Of a stretch of DNA of 64,000 nt, positions 30,495-41,000 are shown piece after piece. The notes under the pieces were generated by a model. The model saw only the letters and a list, made by a program, of their open reading frames with translations. It was not told the DNA's origin and searched no databases. A program made the position numbers and the translations under genes. The DNA comes from Candidatus Poribacteria bacterium. GTDB lineage: Bacteria > Poribacteria > WGA-4E > WGA-3G. The stretch lies in assembly GCA_963665235.2 (NCBI GenBank), contig CAXXLX010000001.1, positions 1-64,000 of the forward strand, in the 5' to 3' direction. Each line of letters begins with the position of its first letter. Positions within the stretch are counted from its first letter, which is position 1.

Positions 30495-31409
30495 TCATCC
30501 GATGAACTGTCTTAAGAAGATATGACTTTGTCGCAAGGCACGCTGCCGTGTCTCTAACGTCCCTTCATAAGCCCGGTCTTCTACCTCAACGCAGACCGCT
30601 CCATCGTACCCGGTATCGCTTAAGACAGAGAAGAGGTTTCCCCAATTGACATCACCGAGCCCCGGCAACTTCGGCGTATGATACGACAGTGGCGTTGCAA
30701 GAATACCGACTTCATCAAGCCGTGCCCTATCTAATCGGACATCTTTGGCATGCACATGAAAAATGCGCTCAGCAAAGGTGACAAGCGGTTTCAGATAATC
30801 CATTTGCAACCAGATAAAATGAGACGGATCGAAGTTAAGTCCAAAGTTCGCGGAAGGAATTTCTTCAAACATCCGTTCCCAAATTGCAGGACAATAGGCG
30901 AGGTTTTGACCGGCGGGCCATTCGTCTTCGGTGAAAAACATCGGACAATTCTCGATACCGATGCGGATGCCGTGGTCTGCAGCGAAGTCGATGAGCGGTT
31001 TCCACACCTTCTTGAACCGGGGCCAATTCTCATTTACTGTACACGCCTGCTCTCTGCCGATAAACGTATTTACGATGTCTACCGATAAACGTTCCGCTGC
31101 GAGGATTAGGTGTTTGAGGTGTTCACTGTAAATATTCGCCGCCGTTTCGTCCGGTGTCAGCGGATTCGGATAGTAGCCTAAGCCGCTAATCGTTATCCCC
31201 GCGTCCGAAACGCATTGCAGGATTTTATCTATTGCTGCCTCATCTATATTGACAACATCAATGTGCGTTACACCGGCATAACGGCGTTCCGCTTTCCCCT
31301 TGGGCCAGCACATTAATTCAACACAATCGTAACCGGTGTCAGCAGCGAACTGAACGACTTCTGTTAGTGTCTGGTCGGGTAAAATTGCACTTACAAATCC
31401 GAGTTTCAC
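30495..31409 (-). CDS. Sugar phosphate isomerase/epimerase (xylose isomerase-like TIM barrel)
   Basis: [31 protein letters not shown]. Confidence 0.88.
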   Translation of the reverse strand: MKLGFVSAILPDQTLTEVVQFAADTGYDCVELMCWPKGKAERRYAGVTHIDVVNIDEAAIDKILQCVSDAGITISGLGYYPNPLTPDETAANIYSEHLKHLILAAERLSVDIVNTFIGREQACTVNENWPRFKKVWKPLIDFAADHGIRIGIENCPMFFTEDEWPAGQNLAYCPAIWERMFEEIPSANFGLNFDPSHFIWLQMDYLKPLVTFAERIFHVHAKDVRLDRARLDEVGILATPLSYHTPKLPGLGDVNWGNLFSVLSDTGYDGAVCVEVEDRAYEGTLETRQRALRQSHIFLRQFIG

Positions 31410-31493
31410 ATGCGTCCTCCATTCTGTTTTTTGTGCATTATACTACAAATTTCGTGATAGACCCCCAGCTAAAGCTTGGGGGCTTCCGCAAAG

Positions 31494-32705
31494 TTATGCG
31501 AAAGCATTTGTGGAATTCAGAAGCCGACTGGAGGCTTCAACGGTGAGGCCTACAATTTTGTTGAACAAAACAATAGGTCTTACAATACCTAACCCAAAGG
31601 AGGCTACCCCCTCCTTAAGAATATTAATAGCAGCGTTGTGGTCTCTATCAAGGTGCGTATAGCACTTTAGACAGGTCCACTCGCGCTCGGCTAACGTGAT
31701 ATTTCTATGGTGGTATCCGCAAACAGAACAACATTTCGTAGAGGGTGCCCATTTATCAATCTTCAAAACGCTTTTAATCCGTTTTTTGGATTGATGTTTT
31801 AGTTTCTGCATGAATTCTCCGAATGCCAAGTCAGAAACCTGTTTGCCCCAAAGTGCTTTCATGCCATTCAGGTTTAGGTCTTCAAAGAAGAGAATATCAA
31901 ACTGCCGACAAAGGTCAATAGCAAGTTTCCAATGGTGGTCTATTCTCTGATTCTTAGTTTTTTTGTGTATACGTGCAACCTGTTTTTTCGCACGCTCTCG
32001 GTTGTTAGAACCCTTAACCTTGCGAGACAAATCACGTTGGGCGAACGCGAGTTCTTTAGCATTCTGTTGATAGAACATAGGAGAACTATATCGTTTTGCG
32101 TCACTGCCAGTCAGGAAGTCTTTGATACCAAAATCAAACCCTTCAGCCTTACCTGTCTTGGGTTCAGGTATGACTTCGCTATAGTCTTCAGTGAGTGTGA
32201 TATAGATGGCACCGAGTGCGTCCCGTGTGACGTGAACTTCTTTGATGGCACCTTGTATCTCGCGATGCAAAGCGAAACGATACCAATGCCCGTTTAGGCG
32301 AATTCTATATGTAGGGTGGTTTCTACAATGCTTTTGTGGGTCAAGCAACTTCTCTATACGAACTTGCTCACCGCGAAACGTCATGCCTTTGTGCTTTTGA
32401 CATTTCTTGAATTGGGGGCGCCCGCGTTTGTGCGTCCGCATCTCTCTAAACGATTGGGCAAGCCGTTTAAGGACTTTTTGTAATGCCCAGGAATACGGAA
32501 TATTCCAATGGGCATACTTCTTCAGTTGCTTTAGTTTTGTCAGGTGCGCAGACATTTTGCCATAGGATAGACCTTTACCATAGCGACGGTAATATCGCAT
32601 AGACAGGGCGATGAAGTGATTTCGCACAACACCACAGATATTAAGCTCGTTATGTAGACGCTTTAAGGTCTTGTCGTGAAAAAGTTTGTGTTTTGTATTT
32701 CGCAC
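31494..32705 (-). CDS. tnpB: RNA-guided endonuclease TnpB
   Basis: GFDFG, FFEDL, CSVC..CLKC zinc finger, DRDHNAAINI. Confidence 0.93.
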   Translation of the reverse strand: MRNTKHKLFHDKTLKRLHNELNICGVVRNHFIALSMRYYRRYGKGLSYGKMSAHLTKLKQLKKYAHWNIPYSWALQKVLKRLAQSFREMRTHKRGRPQFKKCQKHKGMTFRGEQVRIEKLLDPQKHCRNHPTYRIRLNGHWYRFALHREIQGAIKEVHVTRDALGAIYITLTEDYSEVIPEPKTGKAEGFDFGIKDFLTGSDAKRYSSPMFYQQNAKELAFAQRDLSRKVKGSNNRERAKKQVARIHKKTKNQRIDHHWKLAIDLCRQFDILFFEDLNLNGMKALWGKQVSDLAFGEFMQKLKHQSKKRIKSVLKIDKWAPSTKCCSVCGYHHRNITLAEREWTCLKCYTHLDRDHNAAINILKEGVASFGLGIVRPIVLFNKIVGLTVEASSRLLNSTNAFA

Positions 32706-32717
32706 TATACACCTTTT

Positions 32718-33122
32718 TCATCTTCCTTCTACATACTGCTCTAAAACGGAGAGGGTTACACCCTCTGTAGAGGCTACAAAATAGGAACGGGTCCACAAGT
32801 TCGGAAGCCTTGATTTTAAGTGTGGGAACTCCGCGCGTAACACTTTTGCTGTCATTCCTTTTATTCTGCCGATTAGGATACCCACAGCTTCGGTGGGAGG
32901 AATGCTAATCAACAAATGCACGGGGTCTGCCAGGGTTTCCACTGCACGGACAACGTAACCGTATTCTTCTTGAGATTCTAATACAAGTTCTTTTAACCGT
33001 GTTTGGATTTCAGTAGACAAAACCGTACGTCTGTATTTCGTACACCAAATGATGTGATACTCACAGGCGTATGTAGAGGAGCGTGTCTTTTGATATACTA
33101 ACTCTGGTGTTTCTAATTTCAT
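32718..33122 (-). CDS. tnpA: IS200/IS605 Y1 transposase TnpA with altered HUH motif (DPVH)
   Basis: YHIIWCTKYRR, LWTRSYF, catalytic Y in EQYVE; first His of DHVH is Pro. Confidence 0.9.
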   Translation of the reverse strand: MKLETPELVYQKTRSSTYACEYHIIWCTKYRRTVLSTEIQTRLKELVLESQEEYGYVVRAVETLADPVHLLISIPPTEAVGILIGRIKGMTAKVLRAEFPHLKSRLPNLWTRSYFVASTEGVTLSVLEQYVEGR

Positions 33123-33274
33123 TTTAAAAAACCCTGTTGTGTTAGATTATAGATATATTATACCACATTTTTATTAGAAAGTCAAAGCATAGGTTCAACC
33201 CATGCGCCGCTACTACATCCCCCAGCTAAAGCACGGGGGTTTTGTAGCGGAAGACTTGATAATTTTTGAAGCTG

Positions 33275-33502
33275 CTATAAACATATCGCCCCGATGGGGC
33301 TAGGTTGGGGGGCGCGGCGGTTTTCTATAAACATACCGCCCCGATGGGGCTAGGTTATGTGTTTGTTGCGTCCTGCTATAAACATATCGCCCCGATGGGG
33401 CTAGGTTGGGGGGCGCGGCGGTTTTCTATAAACATACCGCCCCGATGGGGCTAGGTTGGGGGGCATGGCGGTTTTCTATAAACATATCGCCCCGATGGGG
33501 CT
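33275..33502. repeat. Five copies of CTATAAACAT(A)YCGCCCCGATGGGGCT with ~50-nt period
   Basis: Palindromic core GCCCC-GAT-GGGGC; spacers mostly repeated; related copies near 35355, 35405, 50988, 57024. Confidence 0.88.
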
Positions 33503-33653
33503 GCGTTTTCGCATGAGGAGCGGGCTGGTTGACCAATTGAACAGATAATCGCGTGCACAGCACGCTCCTACATAAGAGGACAATTGAAAATTTTGTTTGA
33601 ATATATAAAAAAATATGATACAATGCACAGCATAAGCGTGAAAGGAGGAAATC

Positions 33654-34469
33654 ATGACTCCCAAACAGCGATATCTTTTTGATTTAACAGGATATCTCCA
33701 TCTTAAAAACGTCCTCAGCGGTGAGGAATTGCAAACAGCACAGGATGCTGTTGAACGGTGTGTGCAAACGCCACCAGAGGAGCTCCCGCCCGGTATCAGT
33801 TACGGCGGGGGCGGGTATTCCAACGGGTTCTCGTTCGATAAATCGCTTGAGGCACTCACACTTCACCCGAAAACGTGGCCAATTGTGAAGGAGCTGACGA
33901 GCAACAGACCACGTTTTAATCGTGGGTCTCTGGTTGCAAAGGGCCCGGAACATGACCAGGTTATCGGCAAGTTGCACTGTGCGCGCGAAGATTGCGGATG
34001 GCAGACGCGACGTTATACTGTCAAAAATGGGAAGATTCACAACAACGACTTTGCCATCTTTTTCTACTTCACTGATGTTTACCCTGGTGATGGCGGATTA
34101 GTTGTGCTACCGGGCTCCCATAAAGCGAGGTTTCAACGTCCGGAGGGTCTCTTTTTTCCTGATGTGGAGACTCCCCCTGATGAACTCCATCCTGCCCTCG
34201 TAAATGTTACCGCTCGCGCAGGCGATGCGATTGTCATGTCCGAGCTACTGACACATGGCGTTTTAATATGGAAACCGAACGAACGGTATAGACGATTTCT
34301 CATCTTGCGATACAAAACACAGTTTTTTCAAGACAGTCGGGGAAACAGAAATCCGTTTCCACCTGAGGTAACGGAACGACTTTCTCCTGAAACCCGTGAA
34401 TTAGCACAACCCGCACATTATACACATATCAAGGATATTGTTAAACAGGAACAGGTCCTGCTAACTTGA
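33654..34469 (+). CDS. PhyH-family dioxygenase-like protein
   Basis: YLFDLTGYLHL, DGGLVVLPGSHK, LTHG. Confidence 0.85.
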   Translation: MTPKQRYLFDLTGYLHLKNVLSGEELQTAQDAVERCVQTPPEELPPGISYGGGGYSNGFSFDKSLEALTLHPKTWPIVKELTSNRPRFNRGSLVAKGPEHDQVIGKLHCAREDCGWQTRRYTVKNGKIHNNDFAIFFYFTDVYPGDGGLVVLPGSHKARFQRPEGLFFPDVETPPDELHPALVNVTARAGDAIVMSELLTHGVLIWKPNERYRRFLILRYKTQFFQDSRGNRNPFPPEVTERLSPETRELAQPAHYTHIKDIVKQEQVLLT

Positions 34470-34481
34470 GAGGCACTGCGA

Positions 34482-35321
34482 ATGACACCCGAACAACGCT
34501 ATCTATTTGATGTTACAGGCTATCTACACATTCAGAATGCCGTCACAGGGGAGGCACTCGAAAAGGCACATGCAGCGGTTGATAGGTATATTCACATGCC
34601 GCTTGCGGAACGTCCTGAAGGTTTCACGACGCGTCCCCGTGAACTGGAACCGGGCAAAGGCGGCAGATATGAACACGGATTCGCCTTCGATCGGGCGCTT
34701 GAGGCAATGACAGTGCATCCCGCTATCTGGCCCCTTATCAAAGAGTTCACCTTTGATAAACCGAGATTCGTCACGGGCACCCTCACGTTGGAACAGCACA
34801 ATCCCAATCGGCAACCGATGGGTACAAACCCCGCAGGGTTACACTGTGCACGTGAAGGACGACACTGGCTCACCCGTTATGAAATTAAGAATGACCGTAT
34901 CTATTGCAACGATTTTGTGGCGTTCTTCTATTTGACAGATGTGCACCCCGGCGATGGTGGACTTATCGTCATCCCCGGTTCACACAAGAGCCAATTTGAA
35001 CGCCCGGAAGACCTGCTGACACCGGGGCCAGACGGTATCGATCCGGAACCGGATGACGTTTTCACCAATATCACCCCGAAAGCGGGGGATTTTGTTGTTA
35101 TCTCTGAACTTTTGACACACGGGGTGTTACAGTGGAAACCGAAAGACCGCGATAGACGATTTCTTATTCTTCGATATCGTCCACAATTTGAAGGCAAATC
35201 CGGACTGCCAGAAGCAATCTTCAATCGTTTGTCACCAGAGGTGCAGGAATTGACAAAAACCGCATCTTATGGACACATAAAGGAAATTGTTAAACAGGAT
35301 GTTGTCAAGCTAACGGCATAG
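34482..35321 (+). CDS. PhyH-family dioxygenase-like protein (tandem paralog)
   Basis: YLFDVTGYLHI, DGGLIVIPGSHK, LTHG. Confidence 0.85.
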   Translation: MTPEQRYLFDVTGYLHIQNAVTGEALEKAHAAVDRYIHMPLAERPEGFTTRPRELEPGKGGRYEHGFAFDRALEAMTVHPAIWPLIKEFTFDKPRFVTGTLTLEQHNPNRQPMGTNPAGLHCAREGRHWLTRYEIKNDRIYCNDFVAFFYLTDVHPGDGGLIVIPGSHKSQFERPEDLLTPGPDGIDPEPDDVFTNITPKAGDFVVISELLTHGVLQWKPKDRDRRFLILRYRPQFEGKSGLPEAIFNRLSPEVQELTKTASYGHIKEIVKQDVVKLTA

Positions 35322-35454
35322 TGAGGATGTGTAAAGTTTCTGACACGTCTGCTGCTATAAATATATCGTCCCTACGGGACTAGGAGCGGGTGTGCTCTGT
35401 GCTGCTATAAATATATCGTCCCTACGGGACTAGGAAATGAATGGAGGAATGCCA

Positions 35455-36498
35455 ATGAAAACTACACAATACCGTGCCTGTCTTGTTGGGTGCGGACGGA
35501 TGGGCGGGACAATTGACGAAGAGGTTCGCTCAACCCCGCACGGCGCACTACCGTATTCACATGCTGCCGGTTATACCGCTTTTGAAAGAACACAGCTTGT
35601 CGCCGCCGCGGATGTGGTCGAAGAAAAGGCACAGCGCGTTTGTGACAAGTGGAACATCCCGAAGTACTACCTTGACTATCAAGAAATGATAATGCAAGAG
35701 AAACCGGATATTGTCAGCATCGCCACGCGTCCGGGGAATCACGCCGACATCACACAATTTGCCGCAGAAAACGGTGTGAAAGGCATCTATTGTGATAAAC
35801 CGCTTTGTGCTTCTATGGAAGAAGCGGACGCTATGCTTGAAGTGTGTGAGAAGTACGACATCAAATTTAACCTCGGCACGCAGCGGCGGTTTACGCCCGG
35901 CTACATCAAAATGCGTCAAATCCTTGAGAGCGGAGAATTAGGGGAACGACGCTCTATCATCTCCTATACCGGCGGTTCCGCTTTATGGGGCTACACCCAC
36001 GCCGCTGACCTTATCCTCTTTTTGGCAAGCGATTCACCGATAGAATACGTCCAAGGCAACGTCGCTGTTGACGATGCTGATTTTGAGGATAACCGTACCG
36101 AGTCCGACCCGGGAATTGTGATGGGATTTATCCGTTTTCAAAACGGCATCAACGGCATCAGCATTCCCGGCACCGCTTACGAATTTGAGGTAAATTGCAC
36201 CGCAGGCACAGTCCGTTCCCTCAACAACGGACTCGGGTTTCAACTCCGCAAACGGCAGGGACAGTTTAATGAAATTTTAGACGCGCAATTCCCCCCCTTT
36301 GAACGGAAAAGTGGCACCGTGGGGTGCATCGAGGACATTGTGGATGCAATTGATACCGATACGGAAACACAAGGCAACATTCAACTTGCACATCGGAGTA
36401 CCGAAATGGTCTTCGCCATAGTGGATTCGCAACGACAGAAGGGCATGCGCGTGTCGATACCGATGGAAAACCGAGGGCTTTACCTCGGAAGGTGGTAA
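35455..36498 (+). CDS. Gfo/Idh/MocA oxidoreductase
   Basis: VGCGRMG, KPDIVSIAT, CDKP. Confidence 0.9.
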   Translation: MKTTQYRACLVGCGRMGGTIDEEVRSTPHGALPYSHAAGYTAFERTQLVAAADVVEEKAQRVCDKWNIPKYYLDYQEMIMQEKPDIVSIATRPGNHADITQFAAENGVKGIYCDKPLCASMEEADAMLEVCEKYDIKFNLGTQRRFTPGYIKMRQILESGELGERRSIISYTGGSALWGYTHAADLILFLASDSPIEYVQGNVAVDDADFEDNRTESDPGIVMGFIRFQNGINGISIPGTAYEFEVNCTAGTVRSLNNGLGFQLRKRQGQFNEILDAQFPPFERKSGTVGCIEDIVDAIDTDTETQGNIQLAHRSTEMVFAIVDSQRQKGMRVSIPMENRGLYLGRW

Positions 36499-36503
36499 GC
36501 ATA

Positions 36504-37310
36504 ATGATTAGAAAACTTCAAAAAATAGCAGCGGCCCCACGTGTCCAGAAAACAGCGAAAATTTTCGCTAGCACGGTTGGCGTGCTGCTCCTGCTAACCT
36601 ATGTAGCAACCTCGCTAAAAGGCGCATCGCACGAAGAAGGTGAGCACACACGCCCAGTGAGTACACACTACAAACAGCAGCCCGCCAGTCGAGATGGTAT
36701 CGGCAAAATCTACATGGGCCGAGAAATATCGCAGGTCATGGGACACCTCGCCGCGGGCTGGTTAGAACGTCCCGAACGGGAACGTGAAGAGATGCCGAAT
36801 CGTCTCATTGAAATGCTAAAACTAAAAGAGGGGCATGTCGTTGCGGATATCGGTGTGGGTACAGGCTATATCGCGCGGCGCATCTCACCGAAAATCGGCA
36901 AAACAGGCACCATCTACGGCGTTGAAATTCAGCAGGAGATGCTCGACATCCTCGACGAGAAGATGGCAGCGGAGGGTATTACCAATATCAAAGGCGTATT
37001 AGGCACGATTACCGACCCGAAATTGCCCCCGAACTCGGTGGACCTTGCAATCATGGTAGATGTTTACCACGAATTTTCGCATCCGTATGAGATGATGCAA
37101 AATATCTGCCGTGCCCTCAAAGTGGGTGGCAGGGTCGCCTTTGTAGAATATCGCTTGGAAGACCCAAATGTACCAATCAAACGTTTACACAAGATGAGCG
37201 AATTGCAGGTAATCAAGGAGGCAACACCTCACCCGCTGTCTTGGATAGAAACGCTTGATGGTCTGCCGTGGCAACATGTTATTATTTTTGAGAAGGTTGG
37301 TGAGCAGTAG
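36504..37310 (+). CDS. Class I SAM-dependent methyltransferase with an N-terminal membrane/signal segment
   Basis: VADIGVGTG, VDVYHEF. Confidence 0.85.
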   Translation: MIRKLQKIAAAPRVQKTAKIFASTVGVLLLLTYVATSLKGASHEEGEHTRPVSTHYKQQPASRDGIGKIYMGREISQVMGHLAAGWLERPEREREEMPNRLIEMLKLKEGHVVADIGVGTGYIARRISPKIGKTGTIYGVEIQQEMLDILDEKMAAEGITNIKGVLGTITDPKLPPNSVDLAIMVDVYHEFSHPYEMMQNICRALKVGGRVAFVEYRLEDPNVPIKRLHKMSELQVIKEATPHPLSWIETLDGLPWQHVIIFEKVGEQ

Positions 37311-37802
37311 ATAAAGAGACGTGGAGACGCATTTCTTAAAAAACAGGCGGGGCAGAGGGGCAGGGGGGACCGCCCCCCTGCCCCGCCCGGCAACTTGGCA
37401 ACCCTGTCCTATTTTTTATTCCCATCGGACAGGGTTGTCTAGATGTTGCGAAATAATTATACCTCAATCGTGGTATGGATGTCAAATTGACACCTATAGG
37501 TTTCGCTGCGTTCAACTTGTCCTACAAATACTTTAGTACTTATGTTATCAGGCGAAGAAACGCAATTCTATGAGTACAAATTGCAAGATCGAAGAGACAA
37601 TTCTATTATCGAGACAGGGGTTTTTACAATCCTCAACGATGACTATATCGAGGAGGCACAAGAGTATAAATACTGAAATCCATCATCATTTAACTCACAT
37701 ACCACATGTATATATTATCATATTATGGTAGTTTTTTCAAGAATATAATAAATTTAAATTTTCTTTATTGAATAAAACGTGGAACTTTGTTAAAATTAGA
37801 TT

Positions 37803-37893
37803 AGGACTTACGCATTCCTCCCCGCCTGCGGGGGCGTTAGGGGGGGTAAACCTCTGCGAAAACCCAAAAATCCGTTTTATTTGCGTAAGTCCT
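37803..37893. mobile_element. MITE-like element with AGGACTTACGCA terminal inverted repeats
   Basis: AGGACTTACGCA...TGCGTAAGTCCT; same ends at 61511-61655. Confidence 0.65.
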
Positions 37894-38014
37894 GTTAGAT
37901 ATAGGTAAAATATCGCCTTTAAACCTTTTGTGTGTCAAAACGTTACATGACATGATTTTGTTAGAACAAATTTCAGTTTGCAAGCCATATTGATTGAAAA
38001 GGGAGATCATTTTT

Positions 38015-41000
38015 GTGAAAAACGCTAAAAGTACAGTCCCACTAACTGCTATGTTAGTCTGCTTGTGTGTTGCAATGTTAGGGCTGCCCCTCACATTCGC
38101 AGAACATCATGAAACCGCACAGGCACCCGTTGACTATAATCTGGATATCCGGCCGATTCTATCGAATAACTGCTACGCCTGCCACGGGCCAGACGAAAAG
38201 AGCCGACAGGCAGGACTACGACTGGATACAAAAACCGGCGCGTTCTCTGAACCGAGCGGGTACCCTATTATCACCCCCGGTAAACCGGAAGAAAGTGAAC
38301 TTTACAACCGTATCATCTCCGAGGACGAAAACTATCAGATGCCCCCGGCGGATTTCAACAAGACGCTAACACCTGAACAGATTGAAAAGATTAAGCGGTG
38401 GATTAGCGAAGGCGCGACGTGGAAGGAGCATTGGGCATTCACTACGCCTGTACGTCCAACACTCCCCAACGTCAAAAAGGCGGACTGGGTCAAAAATCCG
38501 ATTGACGCTTTCATTCTTGCCCGACTTGAAAAGGAGGGCTTAAAACCCGCCAAAGCAGCGGATAAACGTACACTCATCCGCCGCCTCAGCTTCGATCTCA
38601 TCGGTTTACCTCCTACACTTGAAGAGATACATCAATTCCTTCAGGACGATTCACCTGATGCTTACGAAAAACTCATTGATACCTTCATGAAAAAGCCCGA
38701 ATACGGCGAACACTTAGGACGCTTCTGGTTAGATGTCGCACGTTATGGCGATACCCACGGCCTGCATCTCGATAATTATCGTGAAATGTGGCCCTATAGG
38801 GATTGGGTTATTAACGCATTCAACAAAAATACGCCGTTCGACCAATTCACGATTGAACAGCTGGCGGGTGATCTGCTCCCGGAGCCAACCCTCGACCAAC
38901 GTGTTGCAACAGGTTTCAACCGATGCCACGTCACAACAAGCGAAGGCGGCTCCATCGCTGAGGAATACTATGTCCGATATGCCGTTGATAGAGCAAACAC
39001 CACAGCCACTGTCTGGATGGGGCTCACCGCTGGATGTGCACAGTGCCACGACCACAAGTACGATCCGATTACGCAGAAGGAATACTATCAGCTTTACGCC
39101 TATTTCAACAATATCACCGAAAATGCGATGGATGGCAACCGTAAGGATTCGCCACCTATTGTGAAGCTGCCGACACCGGAGCAGAAGGCACAACTCGCAA
39201 AATTTGATGAACAGATTAAGGACTTAGACACACAGAGTAAGGGCCCAATACCGCACATAGATGCCGCACAAACGGCTTGGGAAAATAGGATGCCACGATG
39301 GACACCTATTAAGCCGGAGGTTGTGCTTTCACAAGGCGGCGCGACGCTTGAAATCCGTGAAGACAATTCTGTGGTAGCAAGCGGTACAAATCCTGATAAA
39401 GAGGTCTATGAGGTTATTGCAAAATTACCCCCCGGCAAATGGAGTGCCGTGCGATTAGAAGGTCTTCCTGACAAATCCTTGCCCGGAAGTGGAATCGGAC
39501 GCAGCGACAATAGCAATGTCGTCTTGACAGGATTTTCTGTTGACATCGTTCCCGCCGCAAATGCTGAACAGGAGCTTAATGCTGCTAAGGAAGCAGCACA
39601 GAAAGCGGTGGAAGAGGCTAAAGCAGCAGCAGAGGCAAAAGCAGCAGCGGAAGCCAAAGCAGCTGAAGAAGCTAAAGCAGCAGCGGAAGCTAAAGCAGCT
39701 GAAGAAGCTAAAGCGGAAACTGATGCGGAGAAGACTGAAGAAGCAGATGCACCAGAAACCGATGCTGAAAAACCCGCAGAGGAAGCCACACCGGAAACCA
39801 CTGATGAGGCGAAAACTGAGGAAGCCGCACCAGAAACTGATGCTGAAAAACCCGCAGAGGAAGCCGCACCAGAAACCGATGCTGAAAAACCCGCAGAGGA
39901 AGCCGCACCGGAAACCACTGATGAGGCGAAGACTGAGGAAACCGCACCAGAAACCGATGACGCTGAAACACCTGCCGAGGAAGAAGACCCCTGGACAACC
40001 GTTCCCGTTGTGGCAGCCTGGGCAGACAAGGAGCAGGGCGGCGATTTTGCTATTGCTAACGTTATTGACGATAAACCAGAAACAGGCTGGGGATTGGAAA
40101 GCAATAACAATCGAGGCAACAGCCGACAAGCAATCTTTCTTGTCGCAAACCCGTTCAGCACAGAAGGTGGACTGCTAAGAATTCGGCTTAAGCATGAATC
40201 GCAGCACAGCAAACATCATCTCGGTCGATTCAGACTCGCTATTACAGATGCACCGACCATCTACCCCATCGGCTCCAAAGTGTCGCTTGCGAACTGGCAC
40301 GCTGCCGGGCCGTTTACCGCAGAACACGGAAACATCGCCTTCTATAACGTTTATGAACCGGAAACGAAACCTGTCAATACAAAGGATAAATTCACTGTCG
40401 GTTCACAAGAGGTGACGTGGAAACAGCAAACGCATTGGAAAGATGGAGAGGTGCACAACGACATCGTTGGGGAAAATAGTGCAACATACCTCTACCGGAA
40501 CATCGCCTCCGAAACCAAACAGAAAGCGACGCTTTACCTCAGTAGTAATGACGCGTTGAAGGTGTGGGTGAATCAAACGGAAGTGCTTGCCAGTAATATC
40601 CAGCGCGATGCTGCACCGGACACCGAAAAGGTCCAAATCCAACTGAATTCCGGCAACAATTCCCTACTGCTAAAGGTTGTCAACTATTCCGGTCCATCCG
40701 GTTTCTTCTTCCGCATGGAATCCGAGGCACCGATGGTAACAGCGAACATCGTTGACATCGCAGCGGTTGAAAGAGGGAAACGCAACGGAAATCAGCAGAC
40801 GCAACTCCGGGAATATTACCGGCGCAATGTTTCAACCGATGAGGGGTTGAAAAAACTCTACGCAGATATTTCTGATACGCAAAACAAAAGGAACGCCTTA
40901 AACAATTCGCTCACGACAACATTAGTCATGCAGGAGCGAACGGAACCTCGAGGGGCGTACGTCCTGGAACGCGGCGCGTATCAGCACCGAGGCGAGCAGG

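Larger units (their letters stand above)
31454..33258 (-). mobile_element. IS605-group element (tnpA + tnpB)
   Basis: CCCCCAGCTAAAGC..GGGGG hairpins at both ends; on minus strand preceded by TTAT and ending in TCAC. Confidence 0.85.

Noticed and set aside
33275-33502. CRISPR array
   Set aside because: Spacers are short and largely repeated, the repeat is dispersed singly elsewhere, and there are no cas genes.
39406-40212. Overlapping alternative-frame ORFs
   Set aside because: Shadows of the low-complexity insert in PSD1.
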